Positions 1 through 11,910 of a stretch of 64,000 nucleotides of DNA are shown here, in pieces. Positions within the stretch are counted from its first letter, which is position 1; every line of letters starts with the position of its first letter. The notes beneath the pieces were generated by a model. It had not been told where the DNA came from and made no database searches. It saw nothing but the letters and a program-made list of their open reading frames with translations. A program made the translations under genes and the position numbers. Origin of the DNA: Camelus ferus (Eukaryota); contig NC_045696.1 in NCBI RefSeq assembly GCF_009834535.1, positions 69,504,001 to 69,568,000 on the forward strand. The letters are read 5' to 3'.

Positions 1-290
1 TGCCTGCCTTGGTGGAAGTGTGGGAAACACACTAAGGCATGGACCTGGAGACCAAGAGGGCAGAGAGGAGGCAGTTACAGCAGTACCGGGGGAGGAATCA
101 TATACCAGAATCCAGGATCACCATAGATGGAGAGAAGAGATGGCTTGGAGATCTATTTAGGAAACAACTTACAGAAATTGATATGTGAATGGATGTGGGG
201 TGAAGGAGAGGAAAAACCCAGGGTGACATCCAGGTCTCTAGCCTCAACACTGTGAGGATGGTTGACTTGCTGGGATGGGGAGCTCAGAAG
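1..290 (-). mobile_element. L2 fragment
   Basis: Purine-rich L2-like text: gatggagagaag...atggatgtggggtgaaggagagg...gggtgacatccaggtctctagcct. Confidence 0.55.
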
Positions 291-1049
291 GAGGAGCAGA
301 CCTAAGCAAACAAGGGCCTTCCAGGCAAAGGGAAGAGCCCGTGCAGAGGCAGGGAGGCACAAACGCGGACTGCATGTTCTGGGAACAGTGAGAGAGTCCA
401 TTGCTTTACTCCATGCTCCATCTCAGCCCTCCCAGTGATGATCTCAGCCCTCCGTCTCTCCTGAGCTCAGCCATTTCTAGCATGAGTCTGACAACCTGGG
501 GGACCTATGAACTCTCGTTTTGCTGGGGCTGCCCTAGCATGAGCCTCATGCAGGAGGCTAATTCTTGCATTGCCCCTGTCCCCCACTCAACCCCTACCCC
601 TGCTCCCCAATCACATCACTCACATCCCGGCACCAGGTGCACTGAGATTTATGTAGGTGGTGTCCCCTGGAGCCCTGCAGGTGTCTGGCCTCCTTCAGCT
701 TCCCCAGCTCAGCCACTGTGCTGCTGTAGATCTGCAGCCAGATTAAAACATACATGTTTCTCTAATGGTTTGGTCTGATGCTCCTTCACGGCCGTCATGA
801 GACAGGATTAAGAATCTGTGTATTTGCAAGTCTGGGGGCGGTGAAAGTGGCAAACTGGTACCTGGGGGCCAAGTAACACCTGCGGCTTTGCTTGTTAGAC
901 ACGTTGTTATTTTTAAGTTTTTGACCCTGAGTGACTAGAAGTGAGGCATCTTCAGTCTTCCAAGTGCCCCACCAATCTTCTGATGTCTCAGACCCACCTG
1001 TTTCACTATTTATGCACCTGCCTAGTCTCTGGAAAAAAGGAAGAATACA

Positions 1050-1200
1050 GACTTGGAGCCTCAGAGATCTGGGTTTGGATCCTGGCTCTGAAATTACTTT
1101 CCCTCTGTGAACCTCCGTTTCTTCATCCATGAGAATGACAATACCTTGCAGGGTCTGTCTGAGGAATAAATGGGGTAAATGCTGGTTATCGTTAAGGATT
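1050..1200 (+). mobile_element. MIR SINE
   Basis: ctgggtttggatcctggctctg...ctctgtgaacctccgtttcttcatc. Further MIR cores occur near 4.4, 17.0, 18.4, 23.0, 30.7, 35.9, 39.5, 44.5, 51.7, 57.6 and 61.2 kb. Confidence 0.65.
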
Positions 1201-1512
1201 AAAACTGTGCAAACTAATGTTTTTGCGGTGTCTGCTGTCACCCTTAAGGAAAGAATTAGGATGAAATGAGGATGAACAGGTGCATGTTGCAGGGAGACAG
1301 ACTTAGCTCAATGTGAAAAAATCCTTTGCAGCGGTTAACACATTGCAGAAGGAAGAGATGGCTTTAGGAAGTAGTGAGTTCCCCATCGGGAGAGATATTC
1401 AAACAAAGAAAGCTATGGAGGGCTTCAAGCATTAGATCAGAGGTAACTAGACAACTCGGACATTCTGTAATCCCATGGCATATGGCTCTCTCTTCCTCTT
1501 CATGGGTCGCAG

Positions 1513-1602
1513 ATAAGGCCAGGTTCGCAAAGCATCCACCCGTGGCCGTCCTGCCTCTTGGAACAGGAAATGACCTGGCCCGCTGTCTCCGCTGGGGAGG
1601 AG
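1513..1602 (+). CDS. DGKG: Diacylglycerol kinase gamma, internal coding exon (catalytic domain, (D)[29 protein letters not shown])
   Basis: Acceptor ctcttcctcttcatgggtcgcAG (1511-1512) and donor GTgagt (1603). Contains the hallmark DGK motif [10 protein letters not shown]. 90 bp, phase 1-1. Confidence 0.96.
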
Positions 1603-2704
1603 GTGAGTCTGCGTGGGAGGAGGGTCTGAGGACAAGCGCTCCAATCTACTGGGGCTCTGCAGAGCTAGGATGAACTTCCCTTTAAGGATGACGTTTCACC
1701 GAGTAATACTCAACTCTGGGGTCCTGTCTGCTCCATGCCTTTTCCCTGCCCTTGTTTCCAGGCCAAGGCCTGTGTTTACCCATCACTAGACTTACTATCA
1801 TCCCCAAACTCTCAGCTCAGAGCCTGCCTCCCCCAGTAGAACAAGTCAACTTTAGGGTAGAATCTCCTTTGTCTCCTCCCCAGTGTTCATCCCAGTAGGG
1901 GGCTCACTTAGACAAGGGTTTTCTGCATGTAATTCCCCCTCTCCAAATTACTGATCTTTTTCTGAAGTAGGACTCAGAATGCCGACAGAAAAGCCACATC
2001 ACCAGCTACCAGGGACATCCAGATCATCCTCAGCCCCTGTGGCCGGGGGCCTTCATTGTGAAATTCCCCAAAGAGGGAACTCAGAGTGGTAACCAGCTTA
2101 CAGGGCAATGGGCAGGAGCTAAAGAGAACTCTGCAAACTACCACAGCCTCCTGGAGCTGGGCATGTTCTAGAGAGTGGAGGAGTTCAGGTCAGCCGGCAG
2201 AGAGGACAGATCAGTCTGGCAGGCGGAACTGGAGTGAGACTCCAGATGGCTGATCAGTTCCCAGAATGACTCAAGACCAGGCCAGCCAGTGGTCAGTGCG
2301 ATGCTCGGAGGACAGGGGCAGGGCAGGCAGGAGCCAGCCCTGGAAGGAAGTCGGCAGGCATGGGAAGAGCTGCCAGGGTCCCCGGCCTCATGCCAGGCTA
2401 GGGAAGAACCCTCTGTTCAAGAGGGACAGGCAGGGTGTGGCCCCATGCTCTGGGCATCCAGGCCACATAGCAAGGCACAAATTTCACACAACCCTGTGTT
2501 CCCTGATAGCAGCGAGTCCCTCAGCTACCTAGTTGCTAATATTGCTATCTTGTGAGGCATCCCTGAAGGAGCTGACCAGAGCCCTGACAATTTGAAAATA
2601 CTCTTCAAGATTGCCCCAAACATAAGCAGGAACATGGATGTGTTTTTTGAAAGAAGAGATTCTCTCTCTCGTTAACTTCTCATCACTTAACAGTTCACTT
2701 GCTA

Positions 2705-3290
2705 CATTGGTTTTCTATTGCTATTATATAATACTGACAAATGATTATAAGCTAAAAGGCTTAAAATATCCATTTATCAGCTCACAGTCCTGTAGCTCAG
2801 AAGGGTCTTCTGCTCAGGGCCTCACAGGGTAGAATCCGGGCATTGAACAGGTTGAGCTCCTGTCTGAAGACTCTGTGGGAGAATTTGCTTCTCATCTAAT
2901 TCGGTTGTTGGTGGAATTCAGTTCTTTGTGGTTGTAGAGGTGAGGTCCCTGTCCCCTTGCTGGTGGTCAGCCGGGACCACACCCAGATCCTAGAGGCCTC
3001 CTACATTCCTCACCCAACGGAGCCCTCTATCTTCAAAGGTGGCAACAGAGAAGCTCCCTTACTTCAAATCCTTCTCAAATCTATTTCTTAAGGAAAAGTC
3101 CAGTCTTTCTAAGGACTCACCTGATTAGGTCAGAACCACTCAGGATAATCTCACTGTCTTGAAGTCAGCTCTGCATATAGCTAATCCTGACAGTGACCAT
3201 CCCATCTTACCCCAGGTCCTGGGGCTTTTGCTGGGTATATACACCAGGAGGGCAAGAAACATGGGGACCATCTTAAACTTCCGCCTCCCA
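2705..3290 (-). mobile_element. MLT1 (ERVL-MaLR) solo LTR
   Basis: Characteristic MLT1 text: ttttctattgct...catttatcagctcacagt...ggaattcagttctttgtggttgtag...ctcacctgattaggtcag. Confidence 0.75.
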
Positions 3291-3641
3291 CGCTGTCCGT
3301 CTCTGTCACGACACAGTCCTGGCGCAGATCCTCTGTTCTCCCACGTGCAGCTTCCTGACTGTCCAGCCCACCGATGCCCCAGGGCTTGCTTCAGCCACAC
3401 AGTCCTGCCCATCTCTGGCCAGCACCCCGCCCTACCCCTGCTACTCTGGTTCCAGAGTGCCCCAGCTTCCTTCTAATCACTCCATATTGCCGTCTCCTTC
3501 TCCAGGGCTCAGAAAACCTCCCTGGCTCTGGCCCACAGACACACTGGGGAGACCCCAGCACCCTCGGGGTTCCCCACCCTGACCGCTGCCTTGCAGCAGC
3601 AACAGCAGCACTGAGGGCGAATGCGATGCTGTGCTCCACAG

Positions 3642-3802
3642 GTTATGAAGGGGGCAGCCTGACCAAAATCCTGAAGGACATCGAGCAGAGCCCCTTGGTG
3701 ATGCTGGACCGCTGGCACCTGGAAGTCATCCCCAGAGAGGAAGTAGAGAATGGGGACCAGGTCCCGTATAGCATCATGAACAACTACTTCTCCATCGGTG
3801 TG
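3642..3802 (+). CDS. DGKG: DGKG internal coding exon ([53 protein letters not shown])
   Basis: Acceptor ccacAG (3640-3641) and donor GTaagt (3803). 161 bp, continues the previous exon in phase (G|GT = Gly). The peptide matches type I DGK gamma as I recall it, and NNYFSIG starts the accessory domain. Confidence 0.96.
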
Positions 3803-5214
3803 GTAAGTTGGCCAAGGATCACTTTTCTTCCTAGAAGAGAAGTGCCTGGGCAGGCAGAAAGGGTTCTAGTCTTCCACTGTCCCCTCTGGGTCCCTGCTCT
3901 TTACCTGTCCCAGCTGCCCCCAGCCTTGACTTGGGTCCACGCGTCCTGGCATCTGGCCTGGGCATGGACATCCTCATTGCGCCAAGCCCCATCCTTGACT
4001 ATAAGGGAGATTTCTGCCTCTATCATATCCCCACCATCCACCTGTTAGGGATGAGGCCTCAGGACACTTGACAAGGAAAGGGTAGAACTTCGCACCCATG
4101 CTCTGCCTCACTCTGAAGCCAGGCTCCTTACTCTCTGCTTCCCTGTCTTGGGAATTATGCTGCCCAGTTTCATATGCATACGAGTCCTTCCAGACTGAGA
4201 CTCTGTGATCATCTCAATCACTGTCATCTGTGCCTCTTTTGCAAATTTTGGTGGTTTAAAAAAAAAAGAAAAGGAGATATGATAGGTAGCTTGAGGAAAC
4301 TGCAGGTTTAAGGGAAGGGTTTTGTTTTTTTATAAGACTAAAAGGAGAACCATGAAAGAGAAAAGAGTAATAATATTAACACTTTATATTTACAGGATTT
4401 AAAATTTACCATATTTACCGAATTTTCTTAATTCTTATGATTACACTGGAGGGCAGTATTACCTCCATTTTATAAGTGAGGATCAGACAAAGGGATTTGC
4501 CTTCGTTTTCTGACTCCCAAGCCAGCACTCTTTCTATTACTAAAACAGGAGAGAGAGAGAGACCCATGATCAGGTTCAGAGAGGATGGAGGCATCAGACT
4601 AGAAACATACTCCGGGGTCTCTGTGTCCCGATTTGTCTTATCTCCCCAGCTCCCCTGCCCTCAGTTGGGGGAGGCGTCTTCAAGCTCATCCCCCTGTGAC
4701 CTAGGCAGACCCCTCCTCCTTTTCTTGACTCAAAAGCCCCTCTTCTTTTGGACCACCTGCTCAGGCTCCCCTTCGCACGATAGGAACACACAGTCATCAG
4801 CTCCTGCAAATCAGACCTGACTGGCAGGTCTGGTGCCTGGCTTCTGGAGCACGGGCTTCCCAGCATTACAGTTTGACAAAAACTATGTTCTTTTTTTCTA
4901 TAGTAACCAGAGTATACTTGCTTACATGTATCGAGTACCTAATGCACACCAGGCAGAGTGTCCTTATTAGTAGGTTTAGCCATTGCTCCTTTACATTTTG
5001 TAAGAAGGAACAGTAGTTTAAAAAGATAGAGTCAAGTCCAAGCTGATGAGTGGGAGAGAAGGGAATCACTAGTGTCAAGCTCCAGAGCCCACCTGGCTGT
5101 GGACCGTGAGCCATGCAGCCTCTGCCCAGCCCCTGCAGCTTCATGCAGCAGCACGGGGGGTGGGGGGACCTCAAAATGTAGGGTGTGATGGCTCGCTTAT
5201 ACCTCACCCATACC

Positions 5215-5600
5215 CTTGGTCAGAAATACAGATTCCACCCCCACGACAGATCCTGATTCATACTCTGATTCAGTTGGTCTGGGAAGGGTCTGGGAATTTG
5301 CATTTTTTTAAACATTTTTTTATTGAGTTATAGTCATTTTACAATGTTGTGTCAAATTCCAGTGTAGAGCACAATTTTTCAGTTGTACATGAACATACAT
5401 ATATTCATTGTCACATTTGTTTTCACTGTGAGCTACCACAAGATCTTGTATATATTTCCCTGTGCTATACAGTATAATCTTGTTTATCTATTCTACATAT
5501 GCCTGTCAGTATCCACAAATTTTGAACTCCCAGTCTGTCCCTGGGAATTTGCATTTTTAACAGGCCTCTGAGGTAATTCTGATGTAGATGGTCCCGATCA
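5215..5600. mobile_element. MER5-type hAT-Charlie DNA transposon remnant split by the L1 fragment
   Basis: Typical MER5 text on both sides of the L1: ctgattcagttggtctgggaagggtctgggaatttgcatttttaacaggcctctgaggtaattctgatg. Confidence 0.7.
5303..5540 (-). mobile_element. Short L1 3' end (same young family) inserted into a MER5-type element
   Basis: Highly similar to the 3' UTR at 13185-13380. TSD ctgggaatttgcattttt at 5290-5307 and 5541-5558. Confidence 0.93.
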
Positions 5601-7584
5601 AGTCCTCGGTGGGTGAAGACAAGCCATTAGAGCAAAGAAGGATGGTCAAAGAAGTGGTTCTTCACAGGAGCAGAAGCCAGATCTGAAGGAGGGGGAACCA
5701 GCACCTGTCAGCAATGAGCCAGAAATGAGAGCTGAGCTGCAGGACAGGGTGACCTGCCTGGGAGCTTACAGATGGCAGGTTACATCCACAGCTGCCTTCA
5801 GAGTCCTCAGCCCCAAGTCTTCTCTTTCTTAACACGCCCAGCTCTAGCTGCCAGAACCGACAGGATTCCTAAAGCCTCCCTGTCCATCTCTACACAGCGC
5901 CGTATGCAAAAAAATGATACTCACTTAGTATCTGCTGACCAAATGGATGAAATGGCTAAAAACGAATAGATGACCTCCCCTCAACTAGATAACCAAGCCC
6001 TAATCCCAAGAAGCAAGACTGAGCTTGGTTTTAATTCCCGGTTATAAATAAGAAGGAAGTGTTTGGGAGAAGGGAGTGAGGGGTGGAAGAAGGAAGGAGG
6101 GAGGGAGGGAAGGCACAAAAGGAGGAAAGAATACCAACTAATTGTCCCCCAGGGAAATGCATGTGAAGAGATTCTCCATTTCCCTCGGTGGTCAAGGTGT
6201 TTATTTGCCCTGGGCTGACCTATAATCATCCAATCCATTCATCATTCAGATTATGAAGAACTGCACAATATCTTCCTCACAATTTTTTTCATACACCTGT
6301 AGCTTGTGCATGTTTAATATTTTATTGCCAAGCAGTGAAGAACCAGGTCTGCTTTGATCTCACTGCTGTACCCTTAGCCGTCTCCCAACAAAATGTTTGC
6401 AGGGATTGTGTGCTCACTCTTTAAAAGTTGGAAAGGGAAATTCTTGAGAAAACAAGTAGCCAACCTGTAACCCTCAGAGAATCTGGGGCTGACATTTGCA
6501 GAAGCTCTTGCTCCCTATTTGACTTCCCAAACTTTGTAAGAGGAGAAGTAATATGTAAACCAACCCACAGTTTTACTTCCTTAAGATGATTAGAGCCGGA
6601 CTCCTTTGGCAAAGAGAGCCCTGCAAAGTCTTTGCCTCTTTTGAAGGACCTAGAATATCTTATTGGTATCAGATGTCTGCTGCCTGCATTTATAAAGGTG
6701 GTGACAATGACCGCTGCTGTGGTGCCCCTAGGTGGTAAAGAATTCTCCCTGGTGAGTTCACTCGCTCCCCTGGGCGCCAACTGAACCCATTTAACAGATG
6801 GAGGGATAAACAAGGCAGACTCTCCTGGCCTATGGAGGGAGTGACAAGGGCCTCACTGTCAGCAGATTCCCATCACCTCCAGACATGCCAGCACCCCACC
6901 AGCGAAGAGTTGAGACGGCTGGCCTTCTCAGTCCCTCTAACTGATGACATCCATTGGCAGGAGATTTTAAACACAGTCATTCAGGATGCTGCTTCCTGAC
7001 TTCTCTGGCCTCCCCATCCCTGCTCTTTATTTTTGGATTTGCAGAAATGTCAGGATGGCCAGGTATCAGTGACAGGAAGCTGGGGACTGCACAGTAATTC
7101 CTGGGGTGTGTGTAATTCTGAGCGCCCCACAGGCTCTGCTTTCACTGAGCCTTAACAGGACGAGTGAACAGCTAATCCCTTGAGTCAATGAAATCTATTT
7201 CTGATGCTGAGGGAACCCAGGGGCCAAGGAGAGGCCACAGTCATCACACTGACCCACACAACATTTTCCACCTGACAGGCTGTACTTGTTAGACTTCACT
7301 GGTAAACCCGTTAGGTAATTTGTCAGAAAGTCATCATTTTAAATTGCAACCTTTTAAATTCCCTCAGTCTGAGGTTCTTATCTGTCACCTATGAGAGCCA
7401 GGAGGGTTCTAGAACCATGGGATTCCCTGAGAGGGGTCTGGGACAAGAGGTCTACACTCTTCTTCATTCCCCAATCTGCCGTAATTTTTCAGAATAATCC
7501 ACATTCCAAATAATGTCTTATTGTCTCCTTTCTGGTTTTTTTAAGTCTCTGTAAGTTGCCAAAGTGACTAGACTATTGGACTAG

Positions 7585-7796
7585 ACTGTCCAGTGTGGCA
7601 GCCATGAGCCGCTTGTGGCTACTGTGCGCTGGACACGGGGCTGGTCTAAGCCAAGAGACGCTGTAAGTGTAAAATACGCACCAAATTTCACAGTATATTG
7701 AAATATATTATTAAAATTAATTCCATCTGTTTCTTTTCACTTTTTAGATGTGGCTACTAAAATTTTTTTTAATTTATTTCTATTGGATAGTACTGG
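7585..7796. mobile_element. MER3/MER33-like hAT-Charlie element
   Basis: ctgtccagtgtggcagccatgagccgcttgtggctac...aaaattaattccatctgtttcttttcactttttagatgtggctacta...ttggatagtactg. Confidence 0.65.
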
Positions 7797-9949
7797 CCTA
7801 GACATCTAAATACCTCAGAGTCCAAATGACTTCTATTTGGAAAGGGCACAAAAATCTTTTGTCCAACTCTATACTTGGAGTTTTGGTTCAGGAGAGAGCA
7901 GACGTGTATCCGTACTGCTTTCATCTTCTTCTTACCCCATGCCTCACAGAAAGGAGCTGGGAGAGTGAGGCCGTCAGAAAGACCATCATCACCTCCGGGG
8001 TTTGCAGTCCCCCCCACCCCCCACCTTCTGAACAGAAGTCTCATTTTGTTGTAATTATTACAAGAAAGGGTGGGAACCATTATAGCAGCACTGATTTCTA
8101 AATGAAATCCCTACTGAGTGTAAGTACAGCTCAGTGCCTGACAGAGAGAAGCCCAACAGAGGGTGAAGGTGAATCTTGACTCTCTTTTCAATCCCCAGGC
8201 AGGGAAATACCATCAGAGTCTGTATCATCGTTGCCTTTTCAGAACTGAATGGCAAAGGACCCTACCACTTTGTGTATTTACCACGGGATGACATTGTCAA
8301 ATTAGGAACCACATGCTTAACTAATAATATTGTAAAGGCTGGTCTTTGTGAAAAGAAGCTTTGCAAAACCCAGTTAGGAAGAAAAAAAACAAGGATAATT
8401 GGAACTACACAGAGGGAAGGGGCCTGTGCGCATATCCCAGGGAACTAAAGAACTAGGAGCCAGTCACAGCAGCACTGGGGGTGGGGGACAGTGAAGCACA
8501 AACCGTGCCAGGCAGCATGTGGTTGCTTTTTTCTTTTCTTTCTTCTTCTTTTTTTTTTTTTTTTCTGACAGAAGAAAATTAGTGCTTCAAAAGAACACAA
8601 GTAGATGGAATGTTTTCTTGAATTCTAGAGCAAGAAGCATTTGACAGATGTCACATGAATCTTACTCAGAGTGTTCATGAAACTTGCTCAGAAAGAGGGA
8701 GGTGGGCAGACTCTGGGAGCATGAAGGCTCCTTCCTGGAGAAGCTGGGCAGGCTGGGCAGACCCAGGGGACACAGGCCCCCCCGGGGCTTTGCACATCTC
8801 CCACCGCTGTCCACATGGCTGCCTAAACTTCAACCCAAGATATGTCTTAAACAAAAAACTAACAACTCAATAACTAGATCTTAAATGTTAAATTCCCAAG
8901 ACATTATTTCAGCAAAGATGTTTGCCAAAATAAGCCCATATCCTTGACTTGCCCTGTCTTTCAGTAGGGGGCTGCTAGCTGGGTTTACTCCTCTGCCAAG
9001 TGCAAATATTACAAAAGCTCCTCGTTGCCCCCTAACTTGCTTCTGGATTTTCTGTCCCCACCATTAACTAGCATTTTACTCACCACACCCAGCACATGCT
9101 CAAAAAAAAGCAAAGCTTCTTCACTGAACTACACCTCCTGATGTTAAAAACAAAATTCAGAAATTTTCTTTTGCAGAATTTCCGTTTCAAGAAAAGAAAT
9201 TATTAATATGCACTAGCTCAAAATTCACCGTATGGAATTAAGAGTTTTCTTTTAGCTACACATTCCAGTAAATGAGTTTCTGTATCTTTTTTTCCCTGCA
9301 CAAATCTGAATCAGCTCCCTTGTTTCTGTTGCTCCTCCCCCTACCCCAGCTCAATTAGCCTGTTTATTTCTAAAATCCACCACCTGCACCCGACCGGCTG
9401 GCAGGAGGCCTGAGCAGTGAAGGGTTGTTACACATTCTTCTGCTAGAAAAGGAGACCATTAACAAGGGCAGAAGACCAAGCTGGAGGAGGAAAGATGTGT
9501 TCAGTTTTAGGTCTGAAATTCAGGGTTGGTTCTAGAGATATATACACTGTGGAGATGTGGGCATCTAGATGCTAGTCAACTCTGAGAACTTGAGATGGCC
9601 CATGGCATGCAGTGTAGGCTGCGGGATGCACTCAGAAGTAAGAAGGTGTGGTCCGAGGATGGAGAGCCCGGAAGCACGGGGTCATGAGAGCCATCCTCAC
9701 TTTGAGTTCCAAGAGCCGGTGGCCAAAGTGTAGCAAAGGAACGTGCTAACAGGAGGACAGCAAAGTGTCCACACAATGTGGTAATGAGACTCTCAATGAC
9801 CTTGGGGAGTCATTTTCATAGAATGTTCAAGAGGCAGAAGCTGGAAGTTTAAATACACATTTTAAATTATCTGGCTAAGCATGTCATCCAGTGCTACCAA
9901 TTAGACCTACTGATATGGATGATTAAGAGTTAATATGTAAAAGAATCTA

Positions 9950-10095
9950 CCAACATGGGTTTTCTGGTTTTGACAGTGTACTCTAGTTATGTAAGATGTT
10001 ATCACTGGGTGAAAGGGACAGAGGAACTCTCTGTACTATTTTTGCAACTTCTTATGAGTCTTAAAATATTCCAGAATACAAAGTATTTCTTTTAA
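9950..10095 (+). mobile_element. Old L1M 3' end fragment
   Basis: gttatgtaagatgtta...gggtgaaagggacagaggaactctctgtactatttttgcaacttc. Confidence 0.7.
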
Positions 10096-10378
10096 GAGTG
10101 AATAGGGCCAGGCATTTCCAAAGGCTCACACTCGGCCCCACAGGGGCTTCAGCGTTCTCACTGCCCTCAGACCCAGACAGACTCCCTCTCCCCAAAGGGC
10201 AGCAGGGACCCCTTCACTTACCCCAGACTAAGGCGAGTAGAGAGCAAATATTGCGAGGAGTCAAGTGGTAAAGGCTCTAGGAGCATTGATGGCAGTCGCC
10301 CCTAATGCTGGGCCTGGTGTCCAGCCTCTGTGGGGGGCCTCCCGGTTTTCCCCTGTGAGATTTGGGCTATTTCAGTGA

Positions 10379-10528
<150 letters not shown>

Positions 10529-11014
10529 TAAGAGGGCCCTGCGGCTGTACCCCGGCTGCCCTGCCCCCCTGCCCCGCCCACGCGGCCCGCAGGTCGGGGG
10601 CCTCCACCTGCTCTCACCCAAGCGTTCTTGGCCCGGCTGCCCAGTGCTTTACTGCCACGTTGCCGGAAGGAGGGTTTCCATTTCCAAGAAGAAAACAATG
10701 TCAGAAACCTGCCACATTCTGGCCGCCGGTCCCCTCCCAGAGGATGTTGTGCAGAGGGAGGATATGGGATTACGGGACCAGAAGGGCTGGCGTGATGTGC
10801 CCGCCTTGGGGAGTGGGGGAGTCTGCTCTTCGATAAATAGACCCCCTTCCTGGGGCGCAGCGCTTTCTCAAAACGTACAGCTGCCCCACCCCAACCCGTG
10901 ATTCTTCAGGAAAGGGGCAGGAAGGGGGCAGGGACCTCAGCTTCCCTCCGGCTCAAAGGGGAGGGGGCGGCCGCTCCCGGCCGGGCTGAGAGGAAGGTGC
11001 CTCCGCCTCCCCTG

Positions 11015-11028
11015 CCAGCAGAGGGCAG
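11015..11028 (+). promoter_or_regulatory. Candidate CTCF binding site within a CpG-rich patch
   Basis: CCAGCAGAGGGCAG matches the CTCF core CCASYAGRKGGCRS at all 14 positions. Confidence 0.6.
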
Positions 11029-11882
11029 CAGAGGGAGGCCCCACAGAGGCGGCCCGGAGCCCACCGGAGCCCAGCCTCAGCCTGCGCGCCCTCTGAAATT
11101 TGGATGTTAGGTCCAGAAACGAAAGGGAAGAGAGAATCAGCTCTTTTGCAGACCAAGTCAGACCCTTCTGCCGATGAGTGGCATAGAGCTAACCCATGGA
11201 GTTCTTAAGTTACTTTTCTCGGTGGTTAATTTGCATCCTTTTTCCTCTTTGTTATACCATCTCAAACGACCGCTGGATCCCACCCCACCCTCAGGCAGGT
11301 GGGAAGAAGAGCGGGTATTAATTTGGGTTCAGGTTGAGCCTATGGGACTTGGCTTTATTTAGCCCACAAAGCAGAAGCCCAGTGTTAACTGCCCACATTC
11401 ATTTAAGGCCGGGCACGCCCATAGACCGCCATCATTTTCATTCCTCCTCCTTACCTCCCCCGCCCTCGCCTGCCTGGAAGGTTAACCGAGAATAAGAAAG
11501 TGTCTAGGGCTCAGAAACGGAACAAAATGAAGCTACTTAGACTTCAGGAAAAGTGATCTGTGGGATCTAATAGTAGCTGCGCTAACCTTTTTAAGATGTC
11601 CTTTCTCACACACACACCAAGCCGACTCATAAGACACTGTTAACTTGTATACTTTCAGCCCCTACTCCTGCTAAAGCCACAGACTTGCAAATCAATGGAT
11701 GCTCCTCTCGCAATCTTTTTCACTGTAATGTATACACAAAAAATCACTTTTAAAAAAGTACTCTTTCTCTTTCCTCCAGTGCAGACTTTTAATGCTATCT
11801 TTTCACAGGGGACCCTTCTGCATACTCGTGTACACATGGTTGTTAAGATGCCAAATGTTTGTGAAATCCATGGAGGGGTTCG

Positions 11883-11910
11883 TTCATTCATTCATTCATT
11901 CATTCAATGA
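11883..11910. repeat. (TTCA)n microsatellite, probably an L2 3' tail
   Basis: About six TTCA units followed by L2-like sequence. Confidence 0.8.

Noticed and set aside
3374..4048. 224 aa ORF as a stand-alone gene
   Set aside because: Only 3642-3802 has DGK homology and splice sites; the rest is intronic read-through.
6722..6736. CTCF-like GTGCCCCTAGGTGGT
   Set aside because: Two mismatches in the highly constrained core positions.
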